Source: Haloferax volcanii DS2 (GTDB lineage: Archaea > Halobacteriota > Halobacteria > Halobacteriales > Haloferacaceae). From it: DNA of 32,000 nucleotides. The notes beneath the pieces are model-generated. The model made no database searches. It had not been told where the DNA came from and saw nothing but the letters and a program-made list of their open reading frames with translations. Positions 8,186 to 16,280 of this stretch are shown piece after piece (within the stretch, counting starts at the first letter, position 1; each line of letters opens with the position of its first letter). Location of the stretch: positions 240,001 to 272,000 of the forward strand of contig NC_013967.1 of NCBI RefSeq assembly GCF_000025685.1. Direction: 5' to 3'. The translations under genes were made by a program, and so were the position numbers.

Positions 8186-9184
8186 ATGTACCTCGGAATC
8201 GACCTACACAAACGATACGCACAGGTGGCAGTAATGGACCTCGAGGGCGAGATTGTCGAAGAGGTTCGCGTCAAAAACGCGAACCTCGACGACCTCGCTC
8301 AGCGATACGCTGGCTCTCGTGCAGTAATCGAGGCGACCAGCAATTACTACCACGTCTACGATACTCTCGCGGAGTACTTGGACGTAACCGTCGCTCATCC
8401 AGGCAAACTGACGCTCATCGCTCGGTCAGACAAGAAAACCGACCGCGTCGACGCGAAAGAACTCGCGCGGCTGCTCCGGCTGAACTCTGTTCCGCAGAGT
8501 TACGTTCCTACCGACGAGATTCGGGAAGCCCGCGCACTCGTGCGCGGGCGACAGACCTTGGTCGAAGATCGGACCAAGTTCGCCAACAAAATCCACGGCT
8601 TGCTCGCCGATAACGGCATCACTCAGACGGTAAAACCGCTGAGTGTCGAGGGACGAGAGTTCCTCCGGGAACTCTCGCTCCCGTCTCCGTGGGACAGTCT
8701 CTTGGACTCGTATCTCGACGTGGTCGAGACGCTAACCGAGCAGATGACTCAGTTGGAAGCGGCGATTGAGGAGCGCGCTGGGTCTCTGAAGGAGACCCAG
8801 CTGCTGATGACCATCCCCGGTGTCAGTTACTACTCCGCGTTGCTGGTCTACGCTGAACTGGGTGAGATCGATCGGTTCGACGGCCACAAAGAGGTCGTGA
8901 GTTACATGGGACTGAACCCGACGATCCGCGAGTCCGGTGACTCGCGGATCGAGGGTGGTATCTCGAAACGCGGCTCAGGACGAGTTCGCTGGATCTTGGT
9001 TCAGAGTGCGTACTCAGCCGTGTACACGTGTAAAGACGCGTATCTAAGCACGTTCTTCCACCGGTTGAATCGTCGAATGAACTCGAAAAAAGCGATCGTC
9101 GCGACGGCACGAAAACTGCTCGTCTCGATGTACTACATGCTCGTCCGAGAGGAAGTCTACGATCCACCGGGGGTGAGCGCCTGA
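8186..9184 (+). CDS. IS110-family transposase (DEDD/RuvC-like N-terminal domain plus Transposase_20-type C-terminal domain)
   Basis: The N-terminus MYLGIDLHKRYAQVAVMD is typical of the family. So is the C-terminal region LMTIPGVSYYSALLVYAELGEIDRFDGHKEVVSYMGLNPTIRESGDS...GISKRGSGRVRW. Confidence 0.9.
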   Translation: MYLGIDLHKRYAQVAVMDLEGEIVEEVRVKNANLDDLAQRYAGSRAVIEATSNYYHVYDTLAEYLDVTVAHPGKLTLIARSDKKTDRVDAKELARLLRLNSVPQSYVPTDEIREARALVRGRQTLVEDRTKFANKIHGLLADNGITQTVKPLSVEGREFLRELSLPSPWDSLLDSYLDVVETLTEQMTQLEAAIEERAGSLKETQLLMTIPGVSYYSALLVYAELGEIDRFDGHKEVVSYMGLNPTIRESGDSRIEGGISKRGSGRVRWILVQSAYSAVYTCKDAYLSTFFHRLNRRMNSKKAIVATARKLLVSMYYMLVREEVYDPPGVSA

Positions 9185-9194
9185 AGAAGGGAAT

Positions 9195-9223
9195 CTGAGG
9201 AACGCCGGACCGGCGTTCCTCAG
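9195..9223. repeat. Near-perfect palindrome/hairpin just after the IS110 transposase stop
   Basis: CTGAGGAACGCCGG (9195-9208) and CCGGCGTTCCTCAG (9210-9223) are exact reverse complements. The role is unknown; possibilities are a 3' end structure or part of the element's non-coding RNA or end. Confidence 0.5.
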
Positions 9224-9748
9224 TGGCCGGATGAGGCCAGCGTAAGCGACAGCTCTAGCAAGACTCGTTCCGACCGCCTACCGGTTGTGGAGGTCTCAAT
9301 CACCACGTTGTCTAGTGGTTTCTCGTCGTTGAGGGACTAGAGAAGCTAGATCGTGCGAACAACTTTATCGCCAGCGGTGGTTAGTTGAGCCAGCAGAATT
9401 TCCATAGGTGAATACACGGCCTGGGTTCAGTACAACTTCGACAACCTATCACCACCTGATGGTTTTCAACAGCCCAAATTTTTCGCGCGGTCCAAGGGAC
9501 CGGCGCGTCCGCGGTTCTGCGTGCGTAGCTGTGCGGTGTATTTTGGTCAGGTGGCGTTAGCCACACATGCTAAGCGACGCGCGGCCACCCCCCGGCCGCC
9601 GAGTCTCGGCGAAGGCTATGAAGTCGAGAAGCAACGAGTGAATCTTTCGAAGGAATGTGTCTCGAAAGCAGTTGTCGACAACTGATTCCGGACTCAAAAG
9701 GCCGAAAATAAGATTCGTTGGTAGTGATGCCTCTCGCTGGACCACGCG

Positions 9749-11479
9749 CTACGTGTCGTCGCGGTCCTCCGTGGGCTGTGGAAGGCCCGCTTTCCACGCT
9801 TCCCAATCCACGCTCTCGACCTTCTCCCGAACCGAGCGTACGTCGAGATTGGTGATGTTGCCCGTGGTGAGCTGAAGGTCGGAAAGGATCGTCGTGTGCT
9901 CACCTCCGAGGTGGTCATGGTAGGTTACGGTCACTCGGCGTAGCGATGTCCACCGGTCGCGGGCTGCACGCTTGATGTCGCGGAGCATGTCGGTTCGGTT
10001 CTCCCAGTCAGTCGGCCGATACTCGACATGAATCTCGTCGCGTCGGCAGTCATGCTCGACGACGCGAGCGGCGTACCGATTCTTTATCTCGGACCACTCC
10101 GACCGACGACGGCCCGCAGCCGCGTCAGCGGCGGTCATCACGGCGTCTTCCATCGCGGTCTCGAAGTTCTCCGCAGCGGCGCGGACGCGAGAGAGAAGCA
10201 TGTTTTGCATGTGCTTACTCCCGATTTCGAGTTTCCCCGCGGCGTCGGCCACGATGCCTTCGCACCTGTTGACGTACCGCCGAACGGTGCGGTAGCTCCA
10301 CCCGGTTCGCTCGGCGAGTTCTTCGCGCGTCGGCGTGCCGCCGTCTTCGATGAGACTGCGAGTGAAATCCCTGTCAGATGTCTTCATGTCGCCCCAGATT
10401 CGCATCACGACGTGTTCCTGCTCGTCCTCGATTTCTGGCAGCGGACAGTCAACGAGACGGCGAGAGCGGCGCGTCTCGCTCTCCGCGTCGAAGTGTACGT
10501 CTGACTCAAACACCTCGTCGTCGGCGCGAGTGGTCAGTCCTGCCCAACTGAGGTAGTTCAGTAGCGTCTCGTCGAGTTCACGCAGCGCGTCGTCGAGGTC
10601 GGACCAGTAGACCGTCTCGTCGGTGATGCTGGTCTGAAGTGAGACTTCGACTTTCGGATTGTAGAGCGGGTGGTCCTCGTCGAACTGCTCGGGATTCAGC
10701 GGGTAGTAGTGTTTGGCCTCCTTCCCGAGTCGGTGGCCCCTGATAATGTCGCCAGCGCGTTCGTCGGTGATGTGTGTCGAGACGTAGTAGCCGGGGATTT
10801 TCCGGTGGTCCTCCTTGTGCATCCGGTAGCCCGACATACCGCTGGTCATCACCGAGTGAGTTCGGGCGATTGGTCCATCCGGGGCGTAGATAGCTCCCGA
10901 GTGTTCACGCGAGAGGCGGACGTAGACGGCGAGGTCCTGAACGTTGCTCATCTCGTGTGGCGTCTGGAAGTATCGACGACTCACACCGAAGGCTTCCATC
11001 GCGGTCTGAACGAGGTCGTGGTAGAGGTGGTGGTCGATGTTCGACGCCTGAATCTGCACGTCTAGGTAGGGGCCTCCAAGATTCGGGATTCCTCGGACGG
11101 GCTTCCCGTCCTTGGTCATGTCCGGCCACCGAGGGCGAATCGTCATCGTGCCGCCCGTCGTCCGGGCAGACTGGTCGGCGGGCTCGTCGTCGTAGAGCGA
11201 ATCATCCGCGACGAAGTAGATACGGAACAACGGGACCGTCTGAAGCTGGTAGTCCTCGTGGTCGCGAGGGTCGATGGGTTGCACGTCATAGTCGTAGGCG
11301 AGGTGCCACGTCTGGTTCCGCCAACTGACCTTTCGAGTAGGCTTCCCGGTGGTCTGCCAGCCGTCGTAATCCTTCCTGACGCTATCGAGCGCGAAGTACG
11401 GCTTCAGTCCGTACTCGTCAAAAATCAGATGAACGTCGCCCTCGTGCGGCTGCGGGTCGATGAACGGGGCGGCCGTCAT
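9749..11479 (-). CDS. Large provirus protein with a C-terminal-half HTH, putative replication/DNA-binding protein (betapleolipovirus-type by recollection)
   Basis: It is a 576-aa acidic ORF starting at the ATG at 11479. The track's GTG at 11524 would overlap the upstream mini-ORF. The HTH-like segment is TREELAERTGWSYRTVRRYVNRCEG. It is the last gene of a coupled - strand operon. Confidence 0.75.
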   Translation of the reverse strand: MTAAPFIDPQPHEGDVHLIFDEYGLKPYFALDSVRKDYDGWQTTGKPTRKVSWRNQTWHLAYDYDVQPIDPRDHEDYQLQTVPLFRIYFVADDSLYDDEPADQSARTTGGTMTIRPRWPDMTKDGKPVRGIPNLGGPYLDVQIQASNIDHHLYHDLVQTAMEAFGVSRRYFQTPHEMSNVQDLAVYVRLSREHSGAIYAPDGPIARTHSVMTSGMSGYRMHKEDHRKIPGYYVSTHITDERAGDIIRGHRLGKEAKHYYPLNPEQFDEDHPLYNPKVEVSLQTSITDETVYWSDLDDALRELDETLLNYLSWAGLTTRADDEVFESDVHFDAESETRRSRRLVDCPLPEIEDEQEHVVMRIWGDMKTSDRDFTRSLIEDGGTPTREELAERTGWSYRTVRRYVNRCEGIVADAAGKLEIGSKHMQNMLLSRVRAAAENFETAMEDAVMTAADAAAGRRRSEWSEIKNRYAARVVEHDCRRDEIHVEYRPTDWENRTDMLRDIKRAARDRWTSLRRVTVTYHDHLGGEHTTILSDLQLTTGNITNLDVRSVREKVESVDWEAWKAGLPQPTEDRDDT

Positions 11480-11510
11480 CGGTGGCCTCCAGCGACGTGA
11501 GCGGGTTCGG

Positions 11511-11606
11511 TCACCGCTGGTCACCTCTCACGAGGTCGTGGCCGCAGTAGTCACAGCGGAACAGCGTCTTCGATTCGTGACCGCAGGCAGGACATTCGAC
11601 AGTCAC
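11511..11606 (-). CDS. 31-aa zinc-ribbon mini-protein (CPxCG type)
   Basis: The manual translation is VTVECPACGHESKTLFRCDYCGHDLVRGDQR. It has two Cys pairs. The GTG start overlaps the upstream stop as GTGA, and GGAGGTGA lies 7 nt upstream of the GTG start. It is below the track's size cutoff. Confidence 0.45.
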   Translation of the reverse strand: MTVECPACGHESKTLFRCDYCGHDLVRGDQR

Positions 11607-11728
11607 GAAGCGTCACCTCCGATCGACCGACGAACGTCCTCGTCAGTCGCATCGAACGCGGGATGACGAACGACTGCCCGACTCTCGACGTTGTAGAGCG
11701 TCGAGGCACGGACGAAGGTCGTCGGCAT
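11603..11728 (-). CDS. 41-aa hypothetical mini-protein
   Basis: The manual translation is MPTTFVRASTLYNVESRAVVRHPAFDATDEDVRRSIGGDAS. Its ATG overlaps the upstream stop (TGATG) and its stop overlaps the next start (GTGA). GGGAGGT lies upstream. Confidence 0.35.
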   Translation of the reverse strand: MPTTFVRASTLYNVESRAVVRHPAFDATDEDVRRSIGGDAS

Positions 11729-11964
11729 CACTTCGACCTCCCTTCAGGGGAACCGCCGTGCCGACCGCACGCGTGCTGTGGGTCTGGAACAGAGACAGAG
11801 AGACCAGCGCCCGACCCGCGCTGCAGGCGAATGAGCGTGTCACACTCGCGGCAGCGGTGAACGTGGTTGTTAGAATCGCCGTAGACTCGACGGAAATCGC
11901 GGGTGACGTGTGACCCGCAGTACCGACAGCTACTCGCGTCGCTCTGGGACTCGAGTAGCATCAT
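11728..11964 (-). CDS. Small zinc-finger protein (C-x2-C ... C-x2-C)
   Basis: The motif is CRYCGSHVTRDFRRVYGDSNNHVHRCRECD. The ATG at 11964 is preceded by GAGGTG. It is the first gene of the - strand operon, next to the tRNA. Confidence 0.6.
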   Translation of the reverse strand: MMLLESQSDASSCRYCGSHVTRDFRRVYGDSNNHVHRCRECDTLIRLQRGSGAGLSVSVPDPQHACGRHGGSPEGRSK

Positions 11965-12025
11965 GCCGACCACCTCAAACGGCCGCTAGAACCGGCAAGA
12001 ACGGCCGATTCAGCCTTAATGGGTA

Positions 12026-12098
12026 TGGGACCGCCCGGATTTGAACCGGGGTCACGGGCACCCAAGGCCCGAAGTATACCAGGCTAACCCACGGTCCC
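12026..12098 (-). tRNA. tRNA-Pro (anticodon UGG)
   Basis: The reverse complement folds as a cloverleaf. The acceptor stem is GGGACCG/CGGTCCC, the anticodon stem is CGGGC/GCCCG with loop CTTGGGT, and the T arm is CCCGG-TTCAAAT-CCGGG. The discriminator is A and CCA is not encoded. Confidence 0.85.
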
Positions 12099-12147
12099 GC
12101 ACATACGACTCTCCCCGTCGCGGAGTAAAGGGTTTCGTTCCGCCCCG

Positions 12148-14004
12148 TCAGGTCAGGGGGAAGAAGTACGCGACGCCGATAGTCGTCACCACGCCGAGAA
12201 GCAACTGGAGCGGGCCGCCGACGCGGATGTAGTCCGTGAACTTGTAGCCGCCGGGGCCGTAGACGAACAGGTTCGTCTGGTAGCCGACGGGGGTCATAAA
12301 GGCCGTCGACGCCGCGAACATGACCGCGAGGACGAACGAGAACGGGTCGGCGCCGAGCGTCGCCGCGGCCTCGATGGCGACCGGAATCATGAGCACGACG
12401 CTCGCGTTGTTCGAGATGACGTTCGTCAGGAGCGCCGTCACGAAGTAGAACACGCCGAGGACGGCGATGAGGGGGAGGTAGTCGCCGGTCATCACGACCA
12501 GTTCCGCGAGGAGGCCGGCGGCCCCGGAGTTCTCCATTGCGATGCCGAGCGGGATGACGCCCGCGAGCAGGAAGATAACGTCCCACTGGACGGCGTCGTA
12601 CAGTTCGGTCGGCCGGAGACATTTCGTGGCGACCATGGCGAGCGCGCCGAGGAGCGCGGCGACGACGATGGGCAGGAAGCCGAGCGCGGCGAGCGCGACG
12701 ACGCCGGCGACGATGCCGACGGCGACGGGGATCTTCGACTCGCGGTAGTCGTGGCGCTCGATTTCCTGGGCGACGATGAAGTTGCGGTTGTTGTCGAGGC
12801 GCTCGATGCTCTCGACGGTCGCCTGCACGAGCAGCGTGTCGCCGACGCGGAGCGGGAGGTTGTCCATCCGTCGGCGGATGAGTTCGCCGCCGCGGCGGAG
12901 CGCGAGCACGGTCGCGTCGTACCGCTGTCTGAAACTCGCCGAGGCGAGCGACTCGCCGACCAGCGCGGACCCCGGCGCGACGACGACTTCGACGAGGTTC
13001 TGGCCGCGGTCGGCGAGTTCGAGTTCGTCCTCGGTGACGGTCGCCGGCACGAGGTCGAGGCCCTCCACGTCGAGCAGTTCGACGAGCGTGTTGCGGTCGG
13101 TTCGGAGGGTGAACACGTCGCCCGGCTGAATCTCCTTCGGGCCGAGCGGTTCGAGGAAGACGCTCTCGCCGCGGATGAGTTGGAGGAGGTCGACGTCGAA
13201 CTCCGTCTCGACGAGCGCCCGCTGGACCTGCTGGCCCACGAGCGGGGAGTCCTCGCGGACGACGACCTCGGTCAGGTACCCCGCCATCTCGAACTCCTCG
13301 GTGAGGTCGCGTCGGGGTTCGATTCGCCCCGGGGTGAGCCGACGGCCGATTGTCATGAGGTAGACGACGCCGACGGCCATCACCACCGCGCCGAGCGCGG
13401 TGAACTCGAACATCGAGAAGGGCGCTTCGCCCGTGATGCGCGAGTAGACGTCGCTGGCGAGGATGTTGGTCGACGTACCGATGAGCGTCAGCATGCCGCC
13501 GAACATCGAGGCGTACGACAGCGGCAAGAGGAGCTTCGACGGCGAGGTTCGCCCGCGCTCCGCGAGGTCGGTCACCATCGGGAGCAGGATGGCGACCGCG
13601 GCGGTGTTGTTGATGAAGCCGGAGATGGGGCCGACGACGCCGACGGTCGCGCCGAGCTGTCGGAGTTCGCTGTCGCCGGTGAACGTCGATATCTTCGCGC
13701 CGAGAAGCTGGATGATACCCGTCCGCTGGACGCCCTCGCTGAGGATGAACATCGCCAGGACGGTCAGCGTCGCCGTGTTGGCGAACCCCGAGAGGGCGTC
13801 GCCGGGGTAGGACTCGAACAGGACGATTGGCGCGCCGAGCATCCCGGCCGAGGCGAGCGCCTCGGAGGCCGGCTGAATCAGCATCAGCGACACCATCACG
13901 CCGATGGCCGTCACGTCGACCGGGACGGGTTCGGTCGCGAAGAACGCCAACGCGACGAGGATGACGGCGAAGACGACGAGGATGTCCGGCGTTATCGCTA
14001 CCAC
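12148..14004 (-). CDS. SLC13/DASS-type permease with two central TrkA-C (RCK_C) domains
   Basis: Multi-TM N- and C-terminal halves flank two soluble repeats (VVREDSPLVGQQV... and VVVAPGSALVGESL...). The GTG start at 14004 is preferred, giving VVAITPDILVVFAVILV... The 943-aa track ORF runs into the helicase gene and is Arg-rich upstream of that start. Confidence 0.8.
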   Translation of the reverse strand: MVAITPDILVVFAVILVALAFFATEPVPVDVTAIGVMVSLMLIQPASEALASAGMLGAPIVLFESYPGDALSGFANTATLTVLAMFILSEGVQRTGIIQLLGAKISTFTGDSELRQLGATVGVVGPISGFINNTAAVAILLPMVTDLAERGRTSPSKLLLPLSYASMFGGMLTLIGTSTNILASDVYSRITGEAPFSMFEFTALGAVVMAVGVVYLMTIGRRLTPGRIEPRRDLTEEFEMAGYLTEVVVREDSPLVGQQVQRALVETEFDVDLLQLIRGESVFLEPLGPKEIQPGDVFTLRTDRNTLVELLDVEGLDLVPATVTEDELELADRGQNLVEVVVAPGSALVGESLASASFRQRYDATVLALRRGGELIRRRMDNLPLRVGDTLLVQATVESIERLDNNRNFIVAQEIERHDYRESKIPVAVGIVAGVVALAALGFLPIVVAALLGALAMVATKCLRPTELYDAVQWDVIFLLAGVIPLGIAMENSGAAGLLAELVVMTGDYLPLIAVLGVFYFVTALLTNVISNNASVVLMIPVAIEAAATLGADPFSFVLAVMFAASTAFMTPVGYQTNLFVYGPGGYKFTDYIRVGGPLQLLLGVVTTIGVAYFFPLT

Positions 14005-14075
14005 GCGGTCACCGACGCGTCGGCGGCCAAAAAGCGTGCGGGATTCGGACTGTCTCTCGGCCGAGCGCGTCGTCG

Positions 14076-16130
14076 CTACCGGCCTTCCTCGTCGAGTTCG
14101 AGGTCGGCGACGATTTTGTACGGCGACGACCCCTTTCGGATGCCGTCGAGGATGGCGAACGCCTCCTTCGGCGAGAGGAACTGCCGGGTCACGGCGAGGC
14201 CGAGCGGCGTCGGGTCGAGGCCGTCGATGAAGCCCCACTCCAAGAGCTTCCCGACCGCGTGGGTCGTCGGCAACTCCCCGAGCATGCGGTTGTTGAGCGC
14301 CTTGGCCTTCGTGCCGGCGACGACGATGTTCGCCAGCGTCTCCTCGACCGCCGACGACTGGTCGTACACCGTTCGAACCTCCTCCATCTCGCCTTTGAGG
14401 AGCTTGAACGCCACCTCGTCTTCGGTCATCTCCATCGTGTTGTGATAGCTCGCGTCGGGTTCGACGAGCAGGTAGACGACGCCCTTGTCGTGGTAGTCGG
14501 GGCGGCCGGCGCGGCCGAGCATCTGGCTGAACTCCTGGACGGAGAGCCACTCGATGCCCATCGCCAGCGTGTCGAAGATGACCTGCGACGCCGGGAAGTC
14601 GACGCCGGCGGCGAGCGCGGCGGTCGTCACGACGGCCGCGAGGTCCTGATTGGCGAACTGTCGCTCCACGCGCTTTCTTTGGCCGTAGTCGAGGCCGGCG
14701 TGGTACGCCGCGGCGTTGTAGTCCATCTTCCGGGCGATTTCGTGACACCGCCGCCGGGAGTTGGTGAAGATGATGGTCTGACCGCGGTAGCCCTTCGAGG
14801 ACTTCGAGTCGAACGCCTGCCGCACGAGGCGGTTTTCGATGCGCGGCTTCTCTTGGCCGTCGGCGAAGGTGACGTGGCGCTCGATGGGCACGGGGCGGTC
14901 TTCGTACTCGACGAGGTTCGCCCGGAGGTTCTGTGCGAGCCACTTCGGGTTGCCGACGGTCGCAGAGAGGTAAATCCACTGCGCGCCGCCGTAACCCTCG
15001 CGGCGGTCCGCGCGGGACTCGCAGTAGTGTTTCAGGCGGGCTATCATCCCGTCGAGGCGGTGGCCGCGTTCCTCTTCTTTCAGGGTGTGGACCTCGTCGA
15101 TGACGACCGTGCCGATGTCGCCGAGGTCTTTGCCCGTCCGGAGCGCGTGGTCGATACCCTCGTAGGTGCCGACGATGACGTCGGCGTTCGGGTCGAAGCG
15201 GTTGCCGTCGTCGTTGATTCGGCTCGCGCCGACGCGGATGGTCACCTTCCCGAGGTGGCCGTAGCGCTCCTTGAAGTCCTCGTGTTTCTGGTTGGCGAGC
15301 GCGACGAGCGGGACGAGAAACAGCATCTTCCCGTCGTCGTTCAGCATCCGGTTGATTCCGGCGAGTTCGCCGACGAGCGTCTTCCCGGTCGCCGTCGCGC
15401 TCACCACGAGTTGGTCGTCGCCGTCGAGCAGGCCGTTGTCGATGGCGAGGCTCTGGACGGGGAGCAGGGTGTCGAAGCGCTCCGTCAGCATCGATTTCAG
15501 GTTCGGGTGGAGGTCGAGCGTGTTCGTCTCGACCAACTCCACGTCCTCCGTCGTCGCGCTGATGGTGTCGAACTTCGTCAGGTCGGGGTCCAACTCGCCT
15601 TGCAGTAGGTTCGTGATACGGGTCAGGTCGCCCGTCTCGTACAGCAGTTCCTCCAGGCGCTCTTGGGCAGCCTGCGTGAGCCCGCCCGCGAATGAGAGTT
15701 CGCCCTCTAGTTCTTGGACAGCGCAGTCGCGGCAGATGTGCTCGTGTTCGGCCTTGATGGCCGTGTCGTCGGTGATAGGCGAGTAGCGCCCGTTGACGGC
15801 ACAGCGGCGGCAGGTCCGCACCGTCAGCGCCTCGAGTTGGTATCCGTCGAGCATCTCCTTTAGCTCGTCGCGGCCGTCCTTCGGCGTCTGCTGCGAGATG
15901 CGGATGCGGGCGGCCGACCGGGCGAGTTCGACGAACTGGCTCGGGTCGCGCGGCGAATCCTCTCCCTTCCGCGTCACCAGAAAGCGCAGGGGGCGGGGCC
16001 CCGCGTTCGTCTCTTTGAGTTCGAGCTTGCCGCGGAGCACCCGCTTTCCGTCCCGGCGGGCGACGACGAGGTAGTCGTCGCCCGTCTGGTGGAGAAACAG
16101 CGTGTCGACGCGGGTGACCTGTTTAGACAC
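14076..16130 (-). CDS. DEAD/DEAH-box (DEVH) superfamily 2 helicase with an N-terminal zinc-ribbon region
   Basis: Motif I is SATATGKT, motif II is VIDEVH and motif III is LSATVGN. Cys pairs CRRC...CRDC lie in the N-terminal domain. Confidence 0.9.
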   Translation of the reverse strand: MSKQVTRVDTLFLHQTGDDYLVVARRDGKRVLRGKLELKETNAGPRPLRFLVTRKGEDSPRDPSQFVELARSAARIRISQQTPKDGRDELKEMLDGYQLEALTVRTCRRCAVNGRYSPITDDTAIKAEHEHICRDCAVQELEGELSFAGGLTQAAQERLEELLYETGDLTRITNLLQGELDPDLTKFDTISATTEDVELVETNTLDLHPNLKSMLTERFDTLLPVQSLAIDNGLLDGDDQLVVSATATGKTLVGELAGINRMLNDDGKMLFLVPLVALANQKHEDFKERYGHLGKVTIRVGASRINDDGNRFDPNADVIVGTYEGIDHALRTGKDLGDIGTVVIDEVHTLKEEERGHRLDGMIARLKHYCESRADRREGYGGAQWIYLSATVGNPKWLAQNLRANLVEYEDRPVPIERHVTFADGQEKPRIENRLVRQAFDSKSSKGYRGQTIIFTNSRRRCHEIARKMDYNAAAYHAGLDYGQRKRVERQFANQDLAAVVTTAALAAGVDFPASQVIFDTLAMGIEWLSVQEFSQMLGRAGRPDYHDKGVVYLLVEPDASYHNTMEMTEDEVAFKLLKGEMEEVRTVYDQSSAVEETLANIVVAGTKAKALNNRMLGELPTTHAVGKLLEWGFIDGLDPTPLGLAVTRQFLSPKEAFAILDGIRKGSSPYKIVADLELDEEGR

Positions 16131-16280
16131 GGTCCCTGCTACGGCGACGTGGTATTTCAGCGATTCGCCTGCGACCGCTCAGATTCGATAGCGACCCGCA
16201 CACGCCTTCGTACCGTGTCTTCGAGCCCCGACCCCCGAGGTCCACCGAGGGCCACCGACGGCCACTGACGGCAACCGCGC

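Larger units (their letters stand above)
7964..9405 (+). mobile_element. IS110-family insertion sequence (about 1442 bp; preferred boundary model)
   Basis: A perfect 14-bp terminal inverted repeat is present: ATGGAAATTCTGCT at 7964-7977 and AGCAGAATTTCCAT at 9392-9405. AT is present at both junctions. The IS110-type transposase is central, with about 220-bp non-coding ends on each side. Confidence 0.6.

Noticed and set aside
7923-8613. Small ORFs (63, 70, 92 and 203 aa) in and around the IS110 left end
   Set aside because: They cross the element boundary or overlap the transposase gene out of frame. Their composition is basic and low-complexity. The region is better explained as the non-coding end of the IS.
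8144-9402. Alternative IS110 boundary model: a 1259-bp element flanked by an 11-bp direct repeat CATAGGTGAAT as target duplication
   Set aside because: This is not excluded, but it is less well supported. It leaves the perfect 14-bp inverted repeat (7964-7977 and 9392-9405) unexplained, and also the second flank copy (7951-7961 and 8046-8056). I found no flank-matching segments in the 3' non-coding end that this model would predict. An empty-site sequence would decide.
9557-9745. 62-aa - strand ORF directly downstream of the putative replication gene
   Set aside because: There are no motifs and the composition is not acidic. It lies in lower-GC non-coding-looking DNA. The evidence is insufficient to call a gene.
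12148-14979. The 943-aa version of the permease ORF
   Set aside because: The N-terminal 320 aa or so is Arg-rich nonsense and overlaps the 3' end of the helicase gene. A GTG at 14004 gives a normal 618-aa permease that starts with a TM helix.
12751-15608. Long + strand ORFs (564 aa and 449 aa) opposite the permease and helicase genes
   Set aside because: They are antisense to genes with unambiguous motifs (TrkA-C repeats and helicase motifs I-III). Their products are low-complexity, rich in Arg, Asp, Glu and Gly, with no recognisable domains.
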